Shown one piece after another: positions 37,161-49,924 of a stretch of DNA of 55,485 nt. Origin of the DNA: Chiloscyllium plagiosum (taxonomy: Eukaryota); assembly GCF_004010195.1 (NCBI RefSeq), contig NC_057758.1, forward strand, positions 9,358,623 through 9,414,107, read 5' to 3'. The number at the start of each line of letters is the position of its first letter. Within the stretch, counting starts at the first letter, position 1. The notes beneath the pieces are model-generated. The model ran no database searches. It was not told where the DNA came from and saw nothing but the letters and a program-made list of their open reading frames with translations. Position numbers and translations under genes: made by a program.

Positions 37161-38520
37161 ATTTCATCACGTCAAGGTTTTATCTACCTTAATGCATTCT
37201 ATGTCTTCCTACACCTTCTCTTCTGTAATGTGGTCATTTATCCAGAATCGCATTTTATTTCCCCTAGGTCAGTAGCATCCATGCCTTTCTCAACGGTGAA
37301 TAATGATGAGAAATATTCATTTAGGATCGCATCCATCTCTTGTGGATCCACATACGCAGATGACTTTGCTGCTCTTTAAGAGGCCCCAATTCTCTCCCTG
37401 TTTCTCTTTCTGCCTTTCATATACTTGTAGAACCTTTTTCGATTCTCCTTTACCTGACCTGCCAAAACCATCTCGTGACCCTCATTTTAGCACTCCTTAT
37501 TTCTTTCTTAAGTATATCCCACTACCCTGTATCCTCCTCAGGGAATTCACTTGATCCCCGCTGGCTATACCTGTCATGTGTCTCCTTCTTTTTCAAGACC
37601 AAGGCCTTAATAACTCTACTTCATTTTAGCAAGGATATGCTGGACCTGAAGCCTTATTAACTCACTTCGGAATGCTTCCCGCTTACTAGAAGTCCATTTG
37701 TTTGCAACTAGCCTCCCCCAGTCAATTTTTGACAGTTCAATCCGAGGATCATCAAAATCGGCCTTGCCCTAATTTAGAAATTATAACTTGTGAACGAGAC
37801 CTATTATTTTCGATCGCTATTTTAAAACACATCTAATTATGGTCACTTGTCCAAAACTGCTCCCCTACTAAGACGTTTTGACCCTTCTCTTGTCGGTCCA
37901 CCTACATACTGCATGAGAAATTCTACCTGAACGCAGGTAGCAAATGTCTCTCCATCCAAGTCATTAGAACTATGGCAGTCCCAGTCGATGTTAGGAAAGA
38001 TAAAATCCCCGACTATTATAGACATATTATTTTTTCAGCTGCCTGCGATCTCCTTACTTATTTTGTCCTCAATCTCCCACTTACTGTTGGTTGGAGAGTG
38101 GGCGCGGAGGGGGCATTCCAAGTAAAATGCTTTCAAACTAACCACTTGCCAAATTTATTTCTCACATCTATCTGTACAGATTCAGTGAATGACGTCTCAA
38201 AGCGTTATTCTCTCAGTACCGATGTGATGTTCTGCCCAATCAAACACACGACTCCAGCTCCTCTCTCGACTCCCTTTTCATTCTTCCTTTTATATCTTTA
38301 CCTCTGAATATTGTGCTCCCAGTTCTGTCCTTCACTCAGTCATGTTTCTGTATAGGCTGGAATATCCCAGTCGCACATATCCGTCCATGCCCTGAGTTCA
38401 TTTGCTTTGCTTGTCAGGTCTTTTGCAATGAAACGAACCGACCTCCCTTGCTTCCTGCCATGCTCCTACCTGCCCTGTCTCATGTTTGGATTACCAGCAC
38501 TGACTTTAAAATTTTACTTG
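37161..38520 (-). mobile_element. Decayed CR1 APE-region fragment
   Basis: IIVGDFIFPNIDW..QYVGGPTREG on the minus strand. Confidence 0.75.
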
Positions 38521-38810
38521 CAGTCATTAACTCTTGTACGATTCTCAAATTTCTCTTATGGTGCCCTATGCTTTGGATCACAATTCCCTGCCTGACGCTT
38601 TTAAACTCTCCCGAGAGGCTCAAACAAACATCTTGCCAGGATATGTGTCCCTCTCCAGTTCAGTTGCAATCTGTCCGCGTGGTACACGTCACCCCGGGTT
38701 ATGTCAGAATTCCTTCAGGTCCTGTCCTTCCGTGTGTTGCATTGGGAATCTGTTCTCAGTTACGTCTTTGTCTTTGTTAGCTAGTTTATTTCTATTAATT
38801 TAATAATTGG

Positions 38811-39697
38811 TTAAACAAGATTTTTCGCGACAGTATTGATTCGATTTCTGAACTTAGACTGAGTTATGGCATATATAAAAGTGTTTGCGTAACAACTTGC
38901 ATTCGACAACATGAATCCAACTTCTTGAAACATATACAAATAACCATAATTATTTGCACGGCACGGTGGCACAGTGGTTAGCACTGCTGCCTCGCAGCGC
39001 CAGAGACCCGGGTTCAATTCTCGCCTCTAGGCGACTGACTGTGTGGAGTTTGTACGTTCTCCCCGTGTCTGCGTGGGTTTCCTCCCACAGTCCAAAGATG
39101 TGCAGGTCAGGTGAATTGGCCGTGCTAAATTGCCCGTAGTGTTAGGTAAGGGGTAAATGTAGGGGCATGGGTGGGTTGCGCTTCGGCGGGACGGTGTGGA
39201 CTTGTTGGGCCGAAGGGCCTGTTTCCACACTGTAAGTAATCTAATCTAATCTAACCAAGTAATTTGCGACGTTCCAATAAAATAAAACATATGTCAGCTA
39301 TCAGAGTATGAAGCTTCCAGATATGGTGAGGAACAAATTCACAGGCGTCTTCCTGCTCTCCACTTCCGGGTCAGGATGATTCGCTCTTTCGCTTTGAAGC
39401 TTAAGTGCCCGACGGTATGACTAGCTGCTATAATGAATTTGATTGTCAGGGCATTGAACAATACAATGAAAGCGAATGGGAGAAATAGTGTTAAAAGTGT
39501 ATCACACCATTCAAATGCCACCATCCAATCTCTGTATAATAGATCTGAGAACAGAACCACGGCACATCGGAAGGTTCCTGCGTAAAATGGAAAGGCATTT
39601 TGTTTTATTTAAATAGAAGAGAATGCCTATTGTAGCCAGAAGACGTTCTGCACTTCTTAAAGTAAAATATTTTATTTTCAGATTCTCACAACAAATC
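38811..39697 (-). pseudogene. GPR139-like GPCR pseudogene (ICL2 to C-terminus of exon 2)
   Basis: ICCENLKIKYFT, FLPFAFIVLFNALTIKFIIAAS, DPEVESR, ISGSFIL*, QEVGFMLSNASCYANTFIYAITQSKFR in shifting frames; SINE inserted; 5' half cut off by a CR1. Confidence 0.9.
38956..39254 (+). mobile_element. HE1-like tRNA-derived SINE, well preserved
   Basis: A box TGGCACAGTGG, B box GGTTCAATTC, CR1-like 3' end GGGCCGAAGGGCCTGTT, (TAATC)n tail. Confidence 0.9.
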
Positions 39698-41385
39698 ATA
39701 GAACATAGAACATAGAAAAGTACAGCACAGAACAGGGCCTTAGGCCCACAATGTTGTGCTGTGGATTAATCCTAATGTAAGAATAATATAACTTAACCTA
39801 ATCACCTTCCAACTCACTGCAGTCCAAGTTCATGTCCAGCAGTCGCTTAAATGTCCCAATGACTCTGCTTCCACCATCTCTGCTGGCAACGCATTGCATG
39901 CATTCACAACTCTCTGCATAAAGAACCTGCCTCTGATGCCCACTCCATACCTTTCTCCTAATCTCTTAAAACTATGACCCCTCGTGCCAGTCAATCCTGC
40001 CCTGGGGAAAAGTCTCTGGCATTGACAATTTCCATGCCTCTCATTATCTTGTGTAACTCGATCAGGTCACTTCTCTTCTGCCTTCTCTCCAGAGACAAAA
40101 TTCCGAGCTTATTCAAACTCTCTTCATAAGGCAAGTCCTCAAGTCCAGGCAGCATCCTGGTAAACGTTCATTGCAACCTCTCCAAAACCTCAATATCTTT
40201 CCTACAGTCGGGCGACCAGAACTGTACACAATATTCCAAGTGTGGTCTCACCAGACACTTGTAGAGCTGGAACTAAACTTCGCGGCCCTTAAACACGATC
40301 CCCCCGTTAATGAAAAGCCAAAATACCATATGCTTTTTTAACAAACCTATCCACATGGGCGGTAACTTTGAGGGATCTATGTACTTGAACACCAAGATCC
40401 TTCTGCTCCTCCACACTGCCAAGAATCCTGTCTTTAATCCTATATTCCGCATTCGAGTTCGACCTTCCAAAATGCATCACTTCACATTTATCCAGGTTGA
40501 ACTCCATCTGCCATTTCTCAGCCCAGCTCTGCATTCTGTTTATGTCACGCTGCGAGGCAAAAGTGAGGACTCCAGATGCTGGAAACCAGAGTTTAGATCA
40601 GAGTGTGGTGGAAAAGCAAATCATGTCCGGCTGCATCCGTGGAGCAGGAAAATCGACGATTTGAATTCTATCCCTGATGAGGGGCTTTTGCCCGAAACGT
40701 CGATTTTCCTGCTCCTCCGATGCTGTCGGACATGATGTGCTTTTCCAGCACCACTCTGATCTAAACTATGTCGCGCTGCAGCCTGCAGTAGCACTCGATA
40801 CTATCAACGGTTCCTCCAACCGTTGTGTCATCTGCAAATTTACTAACCCATACCTCAAACTCCTCATCCAAGTCATTTATAAAAACTACAAAGAGCAGAA
40901 GCCCAAGAACAGAGCCCACGGGACCCCATTCACCGACCTCCAGGCAGAATACTTTCCATCTACATCCACTCTCTGCCTTCTGTCAGCCAGCCAATTCTGA
41001 ATCCAGACCGTCAAATCTCCCTCTATCTCATACTTCCTGACTTCATGAATGAATCTACCATGGGGAACCTTATCAAATGACTTTCTGAAGTCCATATACA
41101 GCACATCCGCTGCTCGACTTTCGTCGACCTATCTTGTTACCTCCTTAATGAACTCAATAAAATTTGTGAGCCATGACCTGCCCCTCACAAAACCATGCTG
41201 ACTGCCTTTACCCACGCTACGCTTTTCCAAATAGTCATAAATCCTACCGCTCAGAATTCTTCCCAAAATTTTGCTGACCTCAGATGCAAGACTGTCTGGT
41301 CTGTAATTGCCACGGAATTCCCTATTTCCCTTCTTGAAAAGTGGAGCAACATCCACCTCCTTCCAATCCTCTTGGTACGACTCCA
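39698..41385 (-). mobile_element. 5'-truncated CR1 LINE
   Basis: (ATAGAAC)n tail; WAEKWQMEFNLDKC, DFRKSFDKVPHGR, SQHGFVRGRS. Confidence 0.9.
40554..40766 (+). mobile_element. Palindromic PLE-derived short element with an intact hammerhead core (40674-40701)
   Basis: 13-bp TSD TATGTC(A/G)CGCTGC (40541-40553 / 40767-40779); inverted arms; CUGAUGA-G-GGGC-UUUU-GCCC-GAAA-CGUC. Confidence 0.85.
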
Positions 41386-44300
41386 CTATCTGCTCAGTCC
41401 GTTCGAGTAATCCCTAAAATGAGCTTACCACATTGCCGCAGCTGGTCAAAACTGACCACAGATGTCACCTTCTCCGCTGAATGCAAAGTCCACCCTGCCA
41501 TTGACAGTCGATGCTACCATGACTGACTTGGGACTTTCTATGCCCCACCAATGTCAAGGGTGCCCTCGTTTCTTGGTAACATTCGTCGCTGGATCCACAA
41601 ACGCTTCCATCCCAAGTTCCATAAAAGCTTGCACCTTCAATGCTGAGTTCAGTTTCCCAAAGGAAGGGACGCCTGCACCGGCTGTCACACGTGATTTGTT
41701 GGCTGGACCCACACTCGCCTTGCCGAGGACGCAAAAGGCCTAATCTTCAGCCGCCACAGCAGCAGTCACAAGGAGCCACTCTGCTGCTGCAGTCTTCTAG
41801 AAACTCCTTCTGCACTCGAACCCTGAACTAGGTGCTGAACCTGCTGGGACCATTTCAGTAAAGGCCGCCAGGAATCCGAACTCGCCTCCGCAATTGCTGG
41901 AGTAAGCCTATGCAGCTGGTGTTCCTTGTCACCACCGATGCTGATGCTGGGACCCAACTCTTCACCATGAGGTAATTAAAATAACAAAAAATTTGAGAAA
42001 TCCTAACGGCCAGTTGACAGCAGTTGTAGTCTGCTCACTTTGTAAATTAAAAGAAAAATAATAAACAGAATGTAAGAACAGAAATTTACTGGTCAGCCTC
42101 TGATTTAGTTTGGATTACAGGTCAGTCGGTGTCGTCATTTTTCTCACACATGCATATGTCTTTTATTGAAGACAATAGTAATCAATGATCAACCTCCATT
42201 AGCACCTCACACCCAGCATTCTTATTTCGATAATTTCAGTCGTGTGATCGATTAAACCATAACTCGCCTTGCCTATTGAGCTATGACTGCGTGTGCCTGT
42301 CTATTATTCATGGCTCCCTGGAACATGACCAACTGTTGTAATACTGAATCTACAATTAGTCAACATCTTGTTTTCTAAATTGAGCTACATGAGCTGCCCA
42401 GCTTTACTCCTACATGTAGACACAAACTGCACGTGGAGTGTTATTTGATATGTCTGTCCAAACTCTACTACTTTCGAATTTCCACCAACAGAATCATTTT
42501 GGCTGGACTGACTGGTTACCCTAAATTAAAGCAGCTTCCTCCAACAGGAGAAATCGATTTTGCTTCTATGCTGAACCCTCGAGTTCTTCTGTGCTGATAC
42601 CTTGAGGTTTCTGTTCTGAAGTGAACATTAAATGAAAAGCTTTCTTGCCTAATTTAGATTCAACCGTATAAACCTTCACCCATTGACAGAGAGGTTCTGT
42701 CAAACATTTGACTGTCATGTCATATACTTTTGGAATGAATGTGAGCAGTAAATTGACTCAAACTGTTTTCTCATTTTAGCAAGATAAAATTACTTTCAGT
42801 GAACTAGCGCAATAAATCTATTTCAAAACCTAAATCCCCAAATATAACACTTGCACTTTTGAGCACATCTCCCACCTAGGGACACTTTAGTTTACTGTGT
42901 GGCGTTTTATTTTTGTCATCAATATACGAAACTGCATGATGTAATAATTTTAAAAAATACACCAATGAATGTTGACTACACATGTTCGTTTGGTCTCGTC
43001 CTTTGATGAAGTGCCAATGAGAACATTGTCCTTGTGATAAGCAATATTATCTTTTCTGTTGAATGTTTTAATGTTTAAATACAAAGAAACAGTCTTAGGT
43101 TCTTGGAAAACCTAATCAGATCTGAAAGCATCTGTGCAGACAAATCAGAGTTATCGTTTTTGTGTCGAGTGACCCTTCCTCAGAACTCCAGTTCTCAGTA
43201 AGTGTCATTCGACCCTAAACTTTAACTCTGATTTATTTCCAAAAAATGCTGACAAACCTGCTAAGTTTTCAACAGCAATTTATGTTTTTTTTCCTGATAT
43301 ACAGCATTCAAAGTTCTTTCGCTTTTGGTTTTATATTCTTATTTAGTATCTGGAAAAAATGAATAAAGCATAATTCTTTGTCTAATTAACAGTCTCTTCA
43401 GAGTTAGTGGGTATGTGTTTCTAGGGGTATCTGAACTGCGTGTCAGGTTGTACATGGTAACACAGCTGATGACACCTTCCGTCATTTTACTGATGTTTCA
43501 GTACAAACTAACGAGGTGGTAATTGACCCAAGTAGAACTTGAAACAAAGACTAGAATTGCTGTCACAATTCAGCAGGTTTAGCAGTATATGTCAAGAGAA
43601 AGCAGAGTTAAAATTTCGAGTCATGTGACCCTTCTTCAAAAGATTTTTTTTCTTCTGTTCTCAATGTATCGGACATTCCTCGGACATCTTCCACATTATT
43701 GGATAGAAATCAGTGTTCTGGCTCTACTGGAAGAGCTTGGCTATGACTGTGACATTTTCTGCACCATTAGTCTCCAGAATATTTTCGGGCCCGAAAGCTT
43801 GTGCAGAAGCCCAGTACCTCCAACCATTTATTGCTATCACGTAGATTGAAATGAATAGCTGAAGATGGGCTCCCGTGTTGGTAAGGACCTCCAGAAGAGG
43901 CTGTGATGTTGCGAATACCTTTGTACTGTAGCATGAGCAATTTGCGTTTGTAACAGGTTTCTGCAGCTGTTGATTGCCGCTTGAATGTTCAATCTTGAGA
44001 GGCTCGATCTGTTCAGTGTCTTCTGTATTTAGCACAAATCGGTGTAATGGGTCCCCAGCCTGGAGGCGGAATGTCTTCTCCAGCTTGGCCGTCGTGTGGA
44101 CAGTCCGTGTTCATGTTTTTGACAGATGCATCGATGTCAGACAGATTGGCGAAGATGACGTCAAGTATAATTTTCCATCTCTGTTGGTGGCCTCATCACA
44201 TGCTAACATTCAGCAGAAATATCCTTGAGTGCGCAAACAGTCGTGCTGCTGCAGTTCTGCTTGAAAACTTGAATCGCCCACTGACAGCATGTTCTGCACC

Positions 44301-45027
44301 CCTGCGATCGTCTGTGCTTCCCCCAAATGGTTTTCAACATACAGCTGTGTTAATTCATTAGCTGAGGGAGGATATGGCGTGGTCATCAGCAGAAGGCTTC
44401 CTTGCCCATGTTTAAAATGAAAGCATGAGGCATTATGGGATCCAGAATCAATGTTGAGGATTCACAGGGCAAGTCCTTCCTGACTGTAAAGCACTGTGCA
44501 ACCATCTCTGTTGGCTCCTTCCTGCCAGTGGGACAGGGCATATCCAGGGATGGTCATGTTCATGTCTGCAACATTGTACAATATGCTTCCATGAGTACCA
44601 TCATGTCAGAATGTTGCTCGGCTAATCTCTGAGTTCTGCCCTTTTTTTACTCGAGGCCCCACATATTAGTAAGGACGACTTTCAGGGTTAACAGGGCTAT
44701 GTCTTTGCCGCTTTCATCGTTGGTACTTACGTTTTTGCCATTTGGATCAATTTCCTTTTCCAGGCTTGGTTGTGGTTAGTATAACTGATTGATTTGCTTA
44801 GCCATTTCAATAGGCATTTCAGAGTAATCCATATTGCTGTGGTCCAGAGGAACATGTTAGCCAGACCAAGTAGGACAATAAGTAACAGTAGAAGTCTGCG
44901 ACCATTTGGCCCATTATGTTTTCACTGTCCTTCGCCTTTGGACAGAATGTTTCTTAACGCCATTCTCCTGCCTTCTGCCCACAAACCTTTGATCTCCATC
45001 CTCATTAAGAAGGAATCTATTTCATTT

Positions 45028-45537
45028 TAGAACATAGAACATAGAAGAACATAGTACACAACAGGTCGTTCGGCCCTCGATGTTGTCCGAACTGTGAACT
45101 AATTCATGCTCATCCATTGATTCTCTCCCGTCATCATCCATATGCTTATCCAAGGACAGCTTAAATGTCCATAATGTGGCTGAATTCGACGCCCTTACGA
45201 TTCTCTGAATAAACAACCTGCCTCTTGCATCTGACTTAAATCTATCACCCTTCAATTTGCAGCTATGCCCCCTCGTGTAAGCTAGCGTTATCATCCTTGG
45301 GAAATAAAAGACTCTGACTGTCCACCTCTCTCATCCTCTGATCATCTTGTATGTTTCTATTAAATCTCATCTTAACCTTCTTCCCTCCAATGAGAACAGA
45401 TCCAAGTCCCTCCGTCTTTTTTAGAAGACATTCACTCCAGACCAGGCCACATTAAGGTAAATCTCCTCTGCACCTTTTCCAATGTTTCCATATCCTTCCT
45501 GTCATGGGTCCAGTAAAATTGCACACAATATTCTAAG
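45028..45537 (-). mobile_element. CR1 3' fragment
   Basis: (AGAACAT)n tail; RGHSCKLKGDRFKSD. Confidence 0.85.
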
Positions 45538-45542
45538 TGATC

Positions 45543-46080
45543 AAAGTTTGTGAAAAGATTTGTAGCTCGGGTGCTCGTTGTTGTGGTTTTGTTCGCCGAG
45601 CTGGGAATCTGTGTTGCAGACGTTTCGTCCTCTGTCTAGCTGACATCCTCAGTGCTTGGGAGCCTCCTGCGAAGCGCTTCTGTGATGTTTGCTCCGGCAT
45701 TTATAGTGGTTTGAATCTGCCGCTTCCGGTTATCAGTTCCAGCTGTCCGTTGCAGTGGTCGGTATATTGGGTCCAGGTCGATGTGTTTATTCATTGAATC
45801 TGTGGATTAGTGCCATGCCTCGAGGAATTTCCTGGCTGTTCTCTGTTTGGCTTGTCCTATAATAGTAGTGTTGTCCCAGTCGAATTCATGTTGGTTGTCA
45901 TCTGCGTGTGTGGCTAGTAAGGATAGCTGGTCGTGTCATTTCGTGGCTAGTTGGTGTGAATGGATGCGGATCGTTAGCTGTCTTCCTCTTTGTCCTATGC
46001 AGTGTGTTTGTGCAGTCCTTGCATGGGATTTTGTACACTACATTGTTTTTTCTCATGTTGGCTATCGGGTCCTTCCTGAC
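45543..46080 (-). mobile_element. Penelope/Poseidon-like 3' fragment with a hammerhead motif (45616-45655)
   Basis: Reverse complement of about 22270-22801. Confidence 0.88.
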
Positions 46081-46184
46081 CCTGTTCTATCCATGTCTCC
46101 GAAATGGCCAAATCATCGACGTCACACATACCTCTCCATGCTGCAAGTTCGATTACCTTATGCTGGATACTCCCGGTGTTGAAG

Positions 46185-46830
46185 TAGACACGCATCTCCA
46201 GTATTGCATTCCATTCTGGCAAAACATGTGCAGGAAGTATGTGGAGCCTTCGGAGAGTGTGCAGAAGAGATGTACCAGGATATTTCCTGGATTAGACGGT
46301 GTGAGGTATAGGTGTAGTCCAGAAGATCTTGGTAGGAGTAATTTACTGAAGATACTGGGATCTGCACTTGAAACAAAATTGCTGGAGATCACAATGGGCC
46401 AGGGAACATCCATGCATAGAATTAAAGCAAAAGTTTTGATTCCAGATGACTGCAACAGAGTTTTGGAGTGTCCGAAGCTGAGGTGAGAGTTGATAGAAAT
46501 CTATAGCATTAGAAGGTTTATAGAGTGGGTTGACAATCAGATTCTTTCTTCCCGGAGTTGATGCATCTAATACTAGTGGGTATGCATTTAAGGTGGGAGG
46601 GGGATAGTTCAATGGGGATATCGGTGGCAAATGTTTTAGACAGAAGGTGATAGGTGTTTGGAATGTCATTCCAGACGTGGTGGTGGAGGGCTTTTAGATA
46701 AACATTATAATATGCAAGGAATTGAGGTTATGCACCAAGTCCAGACAGAAAGGTTTAGTTTAATTTGGTTTCATGTTCGACATAACATCGTGGGTCGTAG
46801 GGCAGGTTCCTGTGCTGTACGGTTCTCTGG
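46185..46830 (+). mobile_element. Old CR1 3' fragment
   Basis: HLQYCIPFW..ESVQKRCTRI; CR1-type 3' end. Confidence 0.6.
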
Positions 46831-48190
46831 TCTATGGATAACTGAAACTCTCCTTCCCAGGGAACATCCCAGTCAATCCCATCTGCACTACCGCTCCCAT
46901 TTCCCTCAGCATTCTAGAGCTGCACAGTTTATGGCTGAAACAAATCTTATCACAGTTCTAGCTTGATGTTCTGCTCTTAAATTCAATGATTCGCCCAATA
47001 AAGGCAAGTATCCGAGATATTATTTTCAATGCTTCGTCCATCTGTCTTGATAACTTCAGGACGTACAAATCAATATCCCACTAATCTTTGCAGTTTCTCA
47101 AGGTCCTCCACTTCTTCATATTTTCCCTTACACACTTTTTCTTGCTGAAGAACATCTCCTCATATTTTCCAGAATGAGTTTCAGTTGCCATAAATTAGCG
47201 CATTTGAGTAGAAAATCTATAACCTCATGTAATCGAAGATTAACTTCCTCACCATTTATCACCCCACCATGCTTGCATCATTAGTGAACTTGATGCTCAG
47301 CCCATGTATATTCACGAATAAATCATTCATATAAACCGCAACTATCAAACGATCCAACATTGACCAGAGTCGTCCAGTTGGAAAACAACCTCTCAAACAT
47401 AACCCTCCGTTTCCTAAAACTCAGCAAATTGTGGATTCACGTGCCTAAAAACTGGAGTTCTTATTTCATTTTTAGGTGTCTGAATTACGTCATAACTTTA
47501 AACGATTCAAGAAGTGCGTAGAGAAGGTGAATAACAAAGATTTTCACATCCCACCTCACCGGAGTTTTTCAAAGAGCTAAGTTATATTGATTGTCTTTCT
47601 ACAATATGAGTTGCTCCTTAAGGTGAGGTGATGCAGTCGTCGGAGGAGAAGTTTTATTCTAATATGCTGTTTACAATTAAGAAACTGTCACTCGGGATAC
47701 AATATTGTGCACAGGTTCTGAAATTGTTTGATGTGCTCTTTGCATGTCGGGTTTCAATTCATGTACTCCATTCCACTAAGTTCAAGAGCTGGGAAATTTA
47801 AAGGATTCCCAGTTTCTCTTTGAATATTTAGTTGAATGATTATTAGTGATGAAAGAATACCAATCCAGTTGTGTAGTAGAGCAGTAATGGAAGTGCAACA
47901 ATGACTTATATTATTCAATTTTGTGATGGACACAGCAGAGTGAATTCCATAAAGAAAGACCAAGCGATCTATCAATGGAATAATTAATGTTTAAGAGTTA
48001 CGATGTTGCCTAGCAAAGAAGGCCATTCATCTTGTCATTAGGGAATCAATCGTATTTCTTCAGAATCTGATGTTTATGGATTCAGCTGCAGTGTCTAAAC
48101 CTATTCTGTCAACACAGAGACTCATATGACGCACTTGTCATTACGTGTTGATCAAATATATGAAGGATCAGTTATGATCAGAGATAACCC

Positions 48191-48356
48191 ATGGAAATTT
48201 CAATGGAAAGTTCAGTGAATTTACCATCTCGGATTTTACATCCAGGAGATTGTTTGCATCACAAAGTGACATATTATTACGTAGAGAAGATGGAGAAGAT
48301 GTTTGCTTTGATTGACAAAACGGTATACTCGTTGATTGTTGTCATTGGAGTTCCTG
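48191..48356 (+). CDS. Additional GPR139-like coding exon 1 (orphan or alternative first exon)
   Basis: Open frame from ACCCATGG: MEISMESSVNLPSRILHPGDCLHHKVTYYYVEKMEKMFALIDKTVYSLIVVIGVP, then phase-1 donor G|GTAAAT; a shorter start is possible at 48290. Confidence 0.75.
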
Positions 48357-49010
48357 GTAAATAAAAACAACCACTGAAGTTGTGTTCTTCTGCTTCCGAG
48401 CTGATCACTTCTGTTTTTCGTTCCTCTGAAGGATGAATTACATTTATTGTAGTGGTTGGCATTGCACACATACTGGGTCATCGGTGCAGTTTGCTGCAGT
48501 TAAATGTGATAAAGAAATGCATTAGATTTATTCTGGTCAATGTATTTCAAAATAGCCTTTATATCCAGCTCACACACTGCCTGACACGATTGCATTTATG
48601 CTTGAGTAATATTTATGTACTGTTGAATTAAATTTTAGCGCACTTGTATCATTTCAAGACGTTATTTGCAATGTCCATATATGCTATTGTAATCAGCTCA
48701 TGTCACTGATTAGAATAGAATACCTCATACAATACGTTACTCCCACTCCGAATTGCACTGAATGTGAGCCACTGCATGTCAACAATTGAATGCTGCAGTA
48801 ATACATGACTGAGAGTGTCATCCAATGCAGAATTGTACTGATTGTGACTAACCAACTACAATGAGCGACGTATCTCAAGATGCCATACGATACTGAGAGT
48901 CCCAGGCTCTGGAGATTTTAACTGACTGTAATTTAGAAATTGGAGAAAAATGTATGTTATTGTACATTTATCGTTATTGTCAGTAACCCATTTAATATTG
49001 AATCATAGAA

Positions 49011-49920
49011 ACTGAATTCACCACAAAGGTATACGGGAAAGCCACACACACAGACTAATTCCTGAACTACGAAAGCAACCACCCCAACACACACAAAAGA
49101 AGTTGCATCAAGACACTATTCAAAAGGGCCACAACACACTGCAGTACACCACGACTGCAAAAAGAGGAAGAAGAACACCTATACAATGTATTCATCAAAA
49201 ACGGATATCCCTGCAATTTCATCAACAGATGCCTAAGGGAAAGACAACGGAATGAGGGCATGCCACAACCCAAAGGACTAGCCACATTACCATACATCAA
49301 GAGTATTTCTGAACTGACAGCCAGACTACTGCGACCACTAGGACTCATAATAGCACACAAACCAACAGCCACTCTCAGACAACAACTCACCAGGACGAAG
49401 GACCCGAAACCCAGCATGAGCAATACCAATGTAGTGTACAAAATCCCATGCAAGGACTGCACAAAACACGACATAGAACAAACAGGAAGACATCTAACGA
49501 TCCGCATTCATGAACACCAACTAGCCACGAAACGACACGACCTTAGGCAGCCACACACGCAGATGACAATCAACATGAATGCGACTGGGTCAACACTATT
49601 ATTATAGGACAAGCCAAACAGAGAACAGCCAGGGAATTCCTAGAGGCATGGCACTCATCCACAGATTCAATCAATAAGCACATCGATCTGGACCCAATAT
49701 ACCGACCACTACAATGGACAGCTGGAGCTGACAACCGGAAGCGGCAGATTCAAACCACTATAAATGCTGGAGGAAACATCACAGAAGCGCATCACAGGAG
49801 GCTGCCAAGCACTGAGGATGTCAACGAGACGGGGACGAAACGTCTGCAACACAGATTCCCAGCTTGGCGAACAGAACCACAACAATGAGCACCCGAGCTA
49901 CAAATCTTCTCACAAACTTT
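49011..49920 (+). mobile_element. Penelope/Poseidon-like 3' fragment (GIY-YIG) with a hammerhead motif (49809-49847)
   Basis: ATLPYIKSISE, VVYKIPCKDC..QTGR..RIHEH. Confidence 0.9.
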
Positions 49921-49924
49921 ATTA

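Noticed and set aside
38956..39030. tRNA gene
   Set aside because: The A and B boxes belong to the SINE head; it continues into the SINE body and tail.
41400..41960. GC-richer segment as the missing 5' half of the pseudogene
   Set aside because: No recognisable TM1-TM3 motifs; left unassigned.
47754..47975. Minus-strand ORF faintly like TM7/helix 8
   Set aside because: Similarity too weak to support.
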